From the sequence record DRR723986_6322: a stretch of 43,181 nt of DNA. One strand, written 5' to 3'. Under the pieces are notes generated by a model. That model had not been told where the DNA came from and ran no database searches. It saw only the letters and a program-made list of their open reading frames with translations. This document shows, piece after piece, positions 1 through 8,497 of this stretch; the stretch's first letter is position 1; each line of letters starts with the position of its first letter. The position numbers and the translations under genes were made by a program.

Positions 1-29
1 CGTAGGTTCAAATCCTACTCCCGCAACCA
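1..29 (+). tRNA. 3' end of tRNA-fMet (initiator Met), truncated by window start
   Basis: T-arm GTAGG-TTCAAAT-CCTAC followed by acceptor strand TCCCGCA-ACCA, typical of alphaproteobacterial tRNA-fMet. The degenerate copy at 603-705 carries the CTCATA (CAT) anticodon loop. Confidence 0.9.
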
Positions 30-34
30 ACGAT

Positions 35-64
35 CAAGACCCTCGCCAATAGGCGGGGGTCTTG
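35..64 (+). terminator. Terminator-like hairpin after tRNA
   Basis: CAAGACCCTCGCC-AATA-GGCGGGGGTCTTG, a 13-bp stem with one G-U pair; weak U tract. Confidence 0.7.
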
Positions 65-72
65 TCGTATGG

Positions 73-167
73 GCTGCGTAAGTATGAATTGAACCGTAAA
101 AGGTTCGGCCGAAGGCAACGTGAGGAGCGCGCAGCGCCCGCAACGGTAAATCCTACTACGGCGCAGC
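73..167 (+). repeat. tRNA-linked repeat: inverted T-arm copy plus T-arm split by a structured insert
   Basis: GTATGAATTGAACC (82-95) matches the reverse complement of GGTTCAAATCCTAC at 12/14. GGTTC (102-106) and AAATCCTACT (148-157) are separated by an insert related to the one at 634-686. Confidence 0.6.
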
Positions 168-480
168 AGGCGATGACACCGTCATTGGCGACGCAGGAAA
201 TGACTACCTCTGGAACGGCAGCGGAGACGACCTGCTGACAGGCGGTGATGGTGCTGACCTGTTCGCCTTCGCGCTCACCAACGGCACGGACACCATCACA
301 GACTTTGATGCGAGTGAAGATGTTTTGAATGTTGAAGCCGCGGAGTTTGCGACTTTTGATGATTTCTTGGCAGCCGCTATGGAAGCGTCTGGCAGTACAA
401 CCATTTCGTTCGGTGAAACGACGATCATCCTTGAAGGGGTCGCAATCTCAGATCTCACTGAACGTAACGTCTCGATATAA
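160..480 (+). pseudogene. C-terminal stump of an RTX (hemolysin-type Ca-binding) protein with T1SS-type terminus
   Basis: Frame +1 reads GAAGDDTVIGDAGNDYLWNGSGDDLLTGGDGADLFAF..GTDTITDFD..TIILEGVAISDLTERNVSI*. In-frame TGA at 121-123 and no start codon before the repeats; absent from the ORF track. Confidence 0.85.
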
Positions 481-577
481 CGACTGAGTTCTGCGGTTAG
501 GGTGATTTAGAAGCATTCAGCGTGCCGTTTCACCTAGCCGTTAAACTCTTACTTTTGATGTAATTTATTATAAATAA

Positions 578-590
578 AATCAAATACTTA
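578..590 (+). promoter_or_regulatory. IHF-type binding site next to att-like tRNA fragment
   Basis: AATCAA-ATAC-TTA is a perfect WATCAANNNNTTR match with an AT-rich 5' tract, 12 nt before the displaced tRNA fragment. Confidence 0.65.
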
Positions 591-602
591 TAAGTCTGTC
601 AA

Positions 603-705
603 TCAGGCTCATACCTAGAAGGTTGCGGGTTCATATGGAGCCCAAGGCGGAATGGCGAGGAGAGGGTTAAGCCCTGACGAGGGAGTAATCCTACTCCCGC
701 AACCA
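603..705 (+). repeat. Displaced degenerate tRNA-fMet 3' half (attR-like) interrupted in the T-loop by 53 nt
   Basis: TCAGGCTCATACCTAGAAGGTTGCGGGTTCA (603-633), an insert at 634-686, then AATCCTACTCCCGCAACCA (687-705), identical to 11-29. An imperfect hairpin follows at 711-735. Confidence 0.8.
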
Positions 706-773
706 TTAAAAGAGCCTGGCCGCTACGGCGGTTCTGTTGCGTTTTTAATCAACGTGAAGGCAAAGCAAAAAGA

Positions 774-1382
774 CTAATAGCTAACATACCCCAGTTTAAG
801 AGCAATAACCGGGATTTCCCTGGTCGAAGTAACCCCCAGTTTGATTTGTAGTGCTTTAAAGTGGGCTGAAACAGCGGCTAGAGAAATGCCCATGTCGACA
901 GCTATCTCGCGATTGGAACGGCCCTGACACAATTGATAAACGACCTGCATCTGTTTTCTGGTTAACTTGACTTTTTCGGCATATTCATAGCGATAAAGCC
1001 TGCGAAATTTTCGCGAAAACTCATAATTATCAATCATGATTTCTTGAGAAGGGTCACAGAAATCAACGCCTATAATAGCCACTGTGCCAAATGTTCTGGC
1101 ATGATATGCAAGCGGGTCTTTTTCTATCAAATTGTGGCGCAGCAAACGCTGGTTATATTCCTCAACATTCTCTTCAAGTGCGATCATATAGTTCAGCTTA
1201 TTGGCATTGAATGACCCTTGGTTTAAGGGCAAATCTCCGGTTCTGGATATCAAGCCATATGTAAATGCGTAGGCTATCGGGCCGTTGAAGCCTCTTACGC
1301 GCATTTTATCAACATAGGCCTGCCAAAGAGACGACGTATCACCGCATGTCTCAAACTGATGTATGAATGTGTTTTTCTCCAT
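774..1382 (-). CDS. LuxR-family regulator (solo) with shortened autoinducer-binding-like domain
   Basis: C-terminal HTH LTRKQMQVVYQLCQGRSNREIAVDMGISLAAVSAHFKALQIKLGV; N-terminal part with a Y..DP motif (LIEKDPL). ATG at 1382 chosen over the GTG at 1424. Confidence 0.8.
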   Translation of the reverse strand: MEKNTFIHQFETCGDTSSLWQAYVDKMRVRGFNGPIAYAFTYGLISRTGDLPLNQGSFNANKLNYMIALEENVEEYNQRLLRHNLIEKDPLAYHARTFGTVAIIGVDFCDPSQEIMIDNYEFSRKFRRLYRYEYAEKVKLTRKQMQVVYQLCQGRSNREIAVDMGISLAAVSAHFKALQIKLGVTSTREIPVIALKLGYVSY

Positions 1383-1522
1383 TGCAGTTGGGCCTTGCAT
1401 CTGAGGTGGGAGCGAATTCAGCACTTAATTTTTTATAGGTTTTCAATTAGCGCACAATAAGCAACCTTTGAAAAGACTATTCTATCCCGCCCGAAACAGA
1501 GGCTATTCATAAGGGGGCCGCC

Positions 1523-3217
1523 ATGTTCTATGTCCTAAAGCACAGGTCTATCTACCTTGGTGTGATGTTATCTTTCATGTGTTTGGTTAACCCAGCCCAC
1601 GCTGAACTGGTTGAGGAAACCGCATACGGACGGTGGACCATTCGCTACCAGAATGAAGAGCGTCCGCGCGCGCACGTCGAAAAACATGCCCACATTTATC
1701 AAGAAATGGCGGCTGATCGTCTAGCCTATGATCGGGATATGGAATTGGTTGGATGGTCCCTGAAGTCCATAGAGATAGATACTAAACCCAGCAATAAATA
1801 CTTTAAATACCGCGCTAGGGCTGTTGTGTCAGTTATTCTTGCTACCGAAGAAAGCGAGACAGACCAAAAGTTGGATGAGGAAATTAAAGCTGAAGGCGCG
1901 TCTGATGTCTTAGGTTTAACAATAAGTCTCGATACCCTTTTCAAACAATTGCAAGACGTAGTCAAAAGCCTTGGTGGTGTGAAGGGGATTGGCCAATATC
2001 TTCCGGGTATTTTGGCGGGTGCTGACGCATATGGGTATGCTGAAAGGCTAAGCGCGATGCGACAGCGCATAGAAAAAGCACAAGAATTAATCGAGTCTGG
2101 GACCGCCAAATCTTTAGGGGAGTTTGGGAGTTTAGCCGACGAACTGTATCAAGATATTGAAGATATAAACATAGACAGTTCCGCAGCTGCCGTGGTCAGT
2201 GGTGTACTACCGGTAGAGACTCACAATAGCCTGTTGAGGCAGAAGTCACAGTTGTTGGACGGATTGCGGCTGGCAAGTATTAGAAGCAACAATGCACTAT
2301 TGAATCTTGCAAGCACGCAGGCCAAGCAAGCGGAAAACAGTGCAGATAATGAAAGCGAAAGTGGGTTTTTCGCGGCTATCAGCAGCGCAACAAACAGCAT
2401 CAAAAGTATCTTCGGTTTTGATGATCAAGAAGAACCGGAAAGTTCAAAAGAGAACTCACCCGAAGGCACCAATACGGCAAGCACGCAAAATTCTTCTGGC
2501 GGCAACGCCGGCAGTACCAACCCAATTGCAAGTGCCGCAGTTGGCGGGGCAATTGAAGCTACCCCAACAGAGCCCACTCTCGTTGCGGAGGAAACTACCG
2601 ATGATGCAGAGAAGGCACAATCTGCCGCCAAACGTGAAGAAACGAGAGAGGCTTTGCTCAAGCTAGAGACTGAATTTGCAATTAACCAAAGAAGTGAGTT
2701 TCAACAGTTAGCTACAGCGGCGGAAAAAACGGCAGATAAAGGCTATTTATACATTTATCGGCAAGAAGATATGCAACATGACAATTATTTCACTACGGAC
2801 CCAAAAAGGGAAGCCGGTACGGTGGAGTTTATGCTGCGCAAGTGCAACGCCCACAGAAGACATCTTGGTGGTGGGTGCTTACGCGCAAAGTGGGAAACTG
2901 GAGGATGGGACGATTATATTGTAGTAGAGGAAATGAGTGACCTAATAACTTTGTATAATGTTTATGATCAAGACGGTTTTATTAATGAATCTCTATACAG
3001 GGAACTCGAAGATCGCTTCCCAGATAATGCAAATGGGAAAGAATTTCGTCAGCGTATACACCAAAAATGGCGCATAACTAAAGATGATCCTCCTAAACGC
3101 CCAAGTGGTGCGGCGCGCATGAATGTTTCCTTGGGCGATGTAATCTCCAACTGGCTTTCTCCACCAATTTTAGATGAGCTCAAGCAAGAAATGCGCGAGC
3201 AAGGCATCGCGCAATGA
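1523..3217 (+). CDS. Secreted hypothetical protein (564 aa)
   Basis: AAGGGGG RBS; signal peptide ending AHA; central S/T/E/A low-complexity linker; no recognised family. Confidence 0.75.
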   Translation: MFYVLKHRSIYLGVMLSFMCLVNPAHAELVEETAYGRWTIRYQNEERPRAHVEKHAHIYQEMAADRLAYDRDMELVGWSLKSIEIDTKPSNKYFKYRARAVVSVILATEESETDQKLDEEIKAEGASDVLGLTISLDTLFKQLQDVVKSLGGVKGIGQYLPGILAGADAYGYAERLSAMRQRIEKAQELIESGTAKSLGEFGSLADELYQDIEDINIDSSAAAVVSGVLPVETHNSLLRQKSQLLDGLRLASIRSNNALLNLASTQAKQAENSADNESESGFFAAISSATNSIKSIFGFDDQEEPESSKENSPEGTNTASTQNSSGGNAGSTNPIASAAVGGAIEATPTEPTLVAEETTDDAEKAQSAAKREETREALLKLETEFAINQRSEFQQLATAAEKTADKGYLYIYRQEDMQHDNYFTTDPKREAGTVEFMLRKCNAHRRHLGGGCLRAKWETGGWDDYIVVEEMSDLITLYNVYDQDGFINESLYRELEDRFPDNANGKEFRQRIHQKWRITKDDPPKRPSGAARMNVSLGDVISNWLSPPILDELKQEMREQGIAQ

Positions 3218-3766
3218 GGTAATTAAACATTTTATAAAACCCGGCCCCATGAAACGGATAAATATGTATAGCCGTCTATATTTCTAACCGTTCTAACGCT
3301 TAGAAAGTATTTATTATCAATGGCTTATACAGGTCTGGTGCATTTTTGCTCGTATCCAGCAAGCATCGTTGTGCAGGGGTAAAGTCTTGGTCGCGGTTAT
3401 TGTAGCGATTGTATTTGGGCGCAAAGTGCCAGCCATGAGGTGCCGACAAGTGGAGAATTGGCAGTTAACCGGTATTAGAAGCGTAAATCTGGATTGGTGA
3501 ATAAGAGTTTTCAGCCAACTGAATTTCATAACGCCGTCATCTACGCGCACAAACGTCAAGTGCAGTATGTCTGTGATGTTTTTATAGAGTGGACAATCTG
3601 AACAAATACGTCATAGAATTTTATCAAACGGTGGCAGGGTCTATAAGTAAAGGCTATCACCTTACGTTATTTTTCATTGTCGCGCGACACCTTGTCCTGA
3701 TGATACACGGTACTTATGTGCCTCTTGTACTTATCATTAACTCTATAAATCGAAAGGAAGATACGT

Positions 3767-4240
3767 ATGCCAATTACAGAGAGTGAGTTGGATCAAGCTC
3801 GTGTTGCTTGGGGAGATGCACTTGTGGCAATTGCCAAAGCATATGAAGCTGATGGAATTGAGGGTGCTAGAAGTGTAGCTGAAGGTGTGTTGGACGCTGC
3901 ATATGGGTACAATCTGGGCCCAGTTTTGTTTAAGCCTACTTTGGCGAGCGGCGAAAAAACTTTCCGCCCGACCCGTAAAGGCGCTTTATCGTACTTTGTG
4001 GGGCATGACGATGACTACCCCCTGGACGGTGGCTTTGGCATAAAAGGATGGCGTGAAGTTACATCAGAAACGTCTGCCAGCTTTATTGAGGGCGACGTGG
4101 CGATGTGGATGGGTTGGGTTACAATGACCGACAAAGACGGTCAAGTGACCAAAGTTGACAAGAGTTGGGGTTATAAAAAAGACGCTGAAGGTACCCTGCG
4201 TATAGTGCATCATCACTCTTCGTTACCATTTCAACCCTAA
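3767..4240 (+). CDS. COG4337-type iota-class carbonic anhydrase (NTF2/SnoaL-like fold)
   Basis: AAAGGAAG RBS; motifs YGY..GPVLFKPTLA, GALSYFVG, DGGF, KVDKSWGY and terminal HHHSSLP. Confidence 0.75.
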   Translation: MPITESELDQARVAWGDALVAIAKAYEADGIEGARSVAEGVLDAAYGYNLGPVLFKPTLASGEKTFRPTRKGALSYFVGHDDDYPLDGGFGIKGWREVTSETSASFIEGDVAMWMGWVTMTDKDGQVTKVDKSWGYKKDAEGTLRIVHHHSSLPFQP

Positions 4241-4329
4241 GAAATCGGTACAGTTGAAAAAAAGCAATTATGGGTGATGAGCAGATTGTTATTCAACAAA
4301 GATTAGGTTGATCAAAATCTACAAAAACT

Positions 4330-4360
4330 GCCTTACTGAGAAATTAAAACTCAGTAAGGC
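4330..4360 (-). terminator. Hairpin between convergent genes
   Basis: Perfect 11-bp stem GCCTTACTGAG / CTCAGTAAGGC; T tract follows on the minus strand. Confidence 0.7.
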
Positions 4361-4442
4361 TCAAGAATACCTACTTATTTCATACTGGTGCACTTAGTTG
4401 GATAGATTTTGCCGGTAGCGTTATTTGAATGGCGTAAACGAT

Positions 4443-5900
4443 TCAGCTAAACGTCATTATGCCGTCGTCTAGGCGCTCAAACTTTAAGTGCAGCAGATCA
4501 GCGATGTAATTCTGGTGGTTTCTCCACGGCTGCGAACTGCCTTGCTTTGGCAGCAGTTCAATCGAACGTTGTATGTAGCCGGAGTTAAGGTCGAGTATTT
4601 TTTCTGATCCCGGTGCTTCGCCGTCCAATTTGGCCACGCACACTTTGTAATCATGTTTTTCCATATGGTTCAGCAACCGGCACACATAACTTGATGTAAG
4701 GTCGGCTTTCAATGTCCAAGAGGCATTGGTGTAGCCAACTGTCCAAGCGAAGTTTGGCACATTGCTTAAGCTAAAGCCTTTGTAATTGGTGGTTTTCCCA
4801 ACATCGACAGTTTCATCGTCCACCACCAGTTGCATGCCCCCAAGCGTTTGAAGCCTGAGGCCGGTTGCTGGCACAATGATGTCTGCTTTCAGTTCCTGGC
4901 CCGATTTTAGCTTAATGCCTTTCTGGGTGAAATGGTCAATATGGTCTGTCACCACGGAGGCCGTTTTATTCTTTATCGCTTCAAATAAATCCGCATCCGG
5001 CACAGCACACAGCCGCTGGTCCCATGGGTTATATTTTGGCTTAAAGTGGGTTGCCACGTCATAGTCTGGCCCTAGCTCGTCCCGAACCATGCCTACCAGT
5101 TTTTTCTTAAACTGTGCCGGGTACTTTCTGGCTAACGTGAAGAAAGCCATAGTCAACAAAACATTTTTCACACGGGTTATTTTATAGGCCAACCATGCAG
5201 GCAAAACTTTACGCAGGCCGTTGGCTATTTTATCCTGTTGGGGCCTTGAAGCTACATAGGACGGTGACCGCTGCAGCATGGTTACATGCGCTGCCGTCTC
5301 CGCCATGGCCGGAACCACCGTCACCGCGGTTGCACCGCTGCCGATAACAACCACAGTCTTGTCTGTATAGTCCAAGTCTTGCGGCCACTGCTGAGGATGC
5401 GCGATGATACCTTTATAGTCCGCGTAACCATCAAACTCAGGCAGATAGCCTTTGTCATAAGCATAATAACCGCTGCACATGAACAAATAGTTGCAGGTTA
5501 ATGTCTCAACAGTGTCGGTCTCGCTGCACCTTATGGTAGCAGTCCACCGGGCCTTTTCGCTTGACCAGCTTGCGCTTGTTACCTTGCGGCCAAAGCGAAT
5601 TTTATCGCGCAATCCGTATTCTTCGACAGTCTCACCCAGGTATTTCAGGATACTATCACCGTCTGCAATGGCATCGCCCTCTTTCCAGGGTTTGAACACA
5701 TAGCCAAGGGTATACATATCAGAATCTGACCGAATGCCGGGGTACCGAAACAGATCCCATGTGCCGCCAATGTTTGAACGTGCTTCAACTATCGCATAGC
5801 TTCGGTTGGGTGATTTCTGTTGCAAATGGCATGCGGCCCCAATGCCAGAGATTCCCGCCCCAACGATAAGTACATCTATATGCTCAACCTGTTCGGTCAT
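4443..5900 (-). CDS. EthA-like FAD-containing Baeyer-Villiger monooxygenase
   Basis: GAGISG, GGTWDLFRYPGIRSDSD, HPQQWP fingerprint, GSGATA, PWDQRLC, YTNASWTLK. Confidence 0.92.
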   Translation of the reverse strand: MTEQVEHIDVLIVGAGISGIGAACHLQQKSPNRSYAIVEARSNIGGTWDLFRYPGIRSDSDMYTLGYVFKPWKEGDAIADGDSILKYLGETVEEYGLRDKIRFGRKVTSASWSSEKARWTATIRCSETDTVETLTCNYLFMCSGYYAYDKGYLPEFDGYADYKGIIAHPQQWPQDLDYTDKTVVVIGSGATAVTVVPAMAETAAHVTMLQRSPSYVASRPQQDKIANGLRKVLPAWLAYKITRVKNVLLTMAFFTLARKYPAQFKKKLVGMVRDELGPDYDVATHFKPKYNPWDQRLCAVPDADLFEAIKNKTASVVTDHIDHFTQKGIKLKSGQELKADIIVPATGLRLQTLGGMQLVVDDETVDVGKTTNYKGFSLSNVPNFAWTVGYTNASWTLKADLTSSYVCRLLNHMEKHDYKVCVAKLDGEAPGSEKILDLNSGYIQRSIELLPKQGSSQPWRNHQNYIADLLHLKFERLDDGIMTFS

Positions 5901-6066
5901 AAATCCTCACGCTTTAGAGCCGTAAACTAAATACGGTCTGGATAGTCTAATGGTATTGATTTAATTATCAATTAGCGCAAGCTTGGTGAAAGTAAAGCTG
6001 CAGGCTTGATTGTCGCGCAGCCACACAAAACCGGCTACCTGAATATAAAAGCCGAGGGAGAGAGTT

Positions 6067-7065
6067 ATGAAAAAACGATATGATGTTAGCCGCAGGCAAC
6101 TGCTTACCGGCACGGCGATGATGGTTGCATCAGCTCCGCTAATTAAAGCGGGTGCGCAAACCATAACACCTAACCCAGACCTGTCTGGAAAGTCTGTTTT
6201 GATCACAGGCACATCTTCTGGGTTTGGTCGGCTTGGCGCTGAATATTATGCCCGGCGTGGGGCAAAAGTGTTTGCCACCATGCGAAACCTGCCACGTCCC
6301 GAGGCGGACGAGCTAACAGCGCTCGCTGCCGCGGAAAATCTTGATATCACCGTGATCGACATTGATGTGTTGTCAGATGACAGTGTGACAGACGGCGTTG
6401 AGCAAGCTTTGGCACAGACCGGTGGCACTCTTGATGTGCTGATTAATAACGCGGGTATTGGCATAACCGGCCCCGTTGAAGTGCAAGACATGGAAGCGAC
6501 AAAGCTCGCGTTTGATACCAATGTGTTTGGTTGTCAGCGCATGATACGGGCTGTGCTGCCTGCTATGCGAGATGCGGGCAGCGGACAGGTTTTCTGCGTT
6601 TCCTCACAGTTAGGCCGGTTGATTGTGCCGGGCGCGGGCCATTATTCAGCAACAAAATTTGCGCTTGAAGCCTTGAGCGAACAATTAGCATATGAACTGG
6701 TGCCACTGGGCGTTGATGTGACCATTATTCAACCCGGCGGATATCCGACCAAAATATGGGTTAATCGGAATGTTTATACGGCCAACCTGAAGGCACGCAC
6801 GCCTGAATCAATATTGGCTGCATACGGCCCAATGGCGGCTGGCATGGGCAAAGAAGATGGGTCTCGGCGGTCTGCTGACCCTATGGATATACCGCGCGCC
6901 ATTGCGGAAATTATGATGATGCCTGCGGGTGAGCGACCTTTACGCAAAGCGGTTCACCCAACCTACCGGCCGCAGGAAGGCGTTAATGCCGCCATGGCGG
7001 AGGCGCAACTGCAATTTTTGGGTAATTCGGCTTATGGCCCTTGGGTGCGCGCGGTTCTGGAATAA
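6067..7065 (+). CDS. SDR oxidoreductase with Tat signal peptide
   Basis: SRRQLL plus hydrophobic stretch and AGA; TGTSSGFG, NNAG, YSATK. Confidence 0.9.
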   Translation: MKKRYDVSRRQLLTGTAMMVASAPLIKAGAQTITPNPDLSGKSVLITGTSSGFGRLGAEYYARRGAKVFATMRNLPRPEADELTALAAAENLDITVIDIDVLSDDSVTDGVEQALAQTGGTLDVLINNAGIGITGPVEVQDMEATKLAFDTNVFGCQRMIRAVLPAMRDAGSGQVFCVSSQLGRLIVPGAGHYSATKFALEALSEQLAYELVPLGVDVTIIQPGGYPTKIWVNRNVYTANLKARTPESILAAYGPMAAGMGKEDGSRRSADPMDIPRAIAEIMMMPAGERPLRKAVHPTYRPQEGVNAAMAEAQLQFLGNSAYGPWVRAVLE

Positions 7066-7114
7066 ACTGGCCGCCTAGTAAAAGCCACTTTGTTTAACCC
7101 GAGGAAATCAGAAG

Positions 7115-7894
7115 TTAAAAGGTGCCCGGATATAATCCTCCGTCCATCAAAATATTTTGCGCTGTAATATAAGCTGCCTGTTGACTGCACAGAAAAGCGC
7201 AGGTGGCACCGAATTCATCCGGTTGCCCGGGGCGTTTAGCGGGCAGTTTTTCGAAGAAAGCATCGCTAAATTCACCTGAATCGGTGCCTGTTGCGTCCGC
7301 CTTGGCTTTTAGCACACCGTGCATACGGTCGGTTGCAATAAAGCCGGGCAGCAAGTTGTTGATGGTGACATTATGCTGTGCTGGTTCGTGGGCGATACCC
7401 GCAATGAACCCCGTGAGGCCTGCGCGTGCACCGTTGGACAGGCCCAACTCTGCTTGCGGCAGTTTCACGGCAACACTGGTAATGTTTACAATACGGCCAA
7501 ACTTGCGTTCAACCATACCGTCCAGCGTGCGGCGGATCATATCAATAGCGCTATACATGTTAGCATTGACAGCATTGAACCATTCTTTCTGGCCCCAATC
7601 ACGAAAGTCACCGGGGGGTGGGCCGCCAGCATTATTAACCAGAATATCTGGTGCCGGGCAGGCAGCCAAAAGCGCATCACGGCCTTCCGGTGTTGTAACA
7701 TCAGCGGTAACTGCATGGACGCCTGCATCACTGACAGCCGCAATTTCTTGCCGTGCGGCCTCTAGTGTTTCTTCTGTGCGCGCACTTATCCAAACATTTA
7801 CGCCTTCGGCGGCAAGAGCAGCAGCACATGCCTTGCCTAACCCTTTACTGGATGCGCAGATAATGGCGTTTTTACCTTTAAGTTTAAAATCCAT
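7115..7894 (-). CDS. SDR oxidoreductase (3-oxoacyl-ACP reductase-like)
   Basis: ASSKGLG, NNAGGPPPG, SNGAR active-site variant, LPGFIATDR, DGG. Confidence 0.9.
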   Translation of the reverse strand: MDFKLKGKNAIICASSKGLGKACAAALAAEGVNVWISARTEETLEAARQEIAAVSDAGVHAVTADVTTPEGRDALLAACPAPDILVNNAGGPPPGDFRDWGQKEWFNAVNANMYSAIDMIRRTLDGMVERKFGRIVNITSVAVKLPQAELGLSNGARAGLTGFIAGIAHEPAQHNVTINNLLPGFIATDRMHGVLKAKADATGTDSGEFSDAFFEKLPAKRPGQPDEFGATCAFLCSQQAAYITAQNILMDGGLYPGTF

Positions 7895-8038
7895 CGGGGG
7901 GTATCCTGGTTAAATTTTGAAAAATGACTATGGTCAATCATAAGTCGTTACAATCTTGTATAGTGGTTTTATGCTAGCTTAAAATGGATTGATCACTAAC
8001 AATGTATTTTCATTAATTGTTTTGCTTAGGATGAACCG

Positions 8039-8473
8039 GTGACAAAGCTTGACGATTTAGATCAGAAAATTCTGACGATTTTAGAGAAAAATGCCCGCGA
8101 ACCACTTAGCCAAATTGCCAAGCGGATCAATCGTTCGCGGTCAGCTGTTCAGGCGCGCGTGGACAAGTTAGAAGAGAGCGGTGAAATCGCCGCTTACACC
8201 ATACGACGCGCCGCCGCAGACCATCAAGGGGTTTGCGCAATGATTACTGTTTACTTGCAGGAACGGCTGGACCCCACATCGGTGGTGGAGTTGTTGATGC
8301 AGTTTCCCGAGGTTACCAATTGCCACCGCATTAGCGGTGAAGCTGATTTGTTGATTGAACTGTCTAACGGGCCGCATGACCGTATTCAGGAAATTTGTAA
8401 AATCTTGTGGGACCACGATAACGTGCGTCTGACTGAAACCGTGTTTGTTATGGATACGATTGTCGGAAACTAA
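8039..8473 (+). CDS. Lrp/AsnC family transcriptional regulator
   Basis: LDDLDQKILTILEKNAREP HTH, RVDKLEESGEI, C-terminal RAM domain (PEV..CHRISGEAD). Confidence 0.92.
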   Translation: MTKLDDLDQKILTILEKNAREPLSQIAKRINRSRSAVQARVDKLEESGEIAAYTIRRAAADHQGVCAMITVYLQERLDPTSVVELLMQFPEVTNCHRISGEADLLIELSNGPHDRIQEICKILWDHDNVRLTETVFVMDTIVGN

Positions 8474-8497
8474 AGAGAAACTAACGGCCTTACATTG

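Noticed and set aside
204-458. 84-aa minus-strand ORF
   Set aside because: Antisense shadow of the RTX fragment on the plus strand.
603-705. Functional or intron-containing tRNA
   Set aside because: No 5' acceptor or D-arm, damaged anticodon stem, and the insert is far too short for a group I intron.
1-705. CRISPR array or intact mobile element
   Set aside because: The repeats are tRNA-derived and irregularly spaced; no cas, integrase or transposase gene is in the window.
1423-1440. lux box between luxR and the secreted gene
   Set aside because: ACTT-N10-AGGT is only a weak palindrome in AT-rich DNA and does not fit CT-N12-AG.
3317-3786. Short ORFs 3317-3559 and 3589-3786
   Set aside because: Non-ATG starts, no recognisable motifs, and they lie in a decayed AT-rich intergenic region.
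3767-4240. HisI phosphoribosyl-AMP cyclohydrolase
   Set aside because: Lacks the HisI Cys/Asp metal-binding motifs; the protein contains no Cys.
7203-7913. 236-aa plus-strand ORF
   Set aside because: Antisense shadow of the SDR gene. The same applies to the many short ORFs overlapping murQ, mutL, ileS and other genes.
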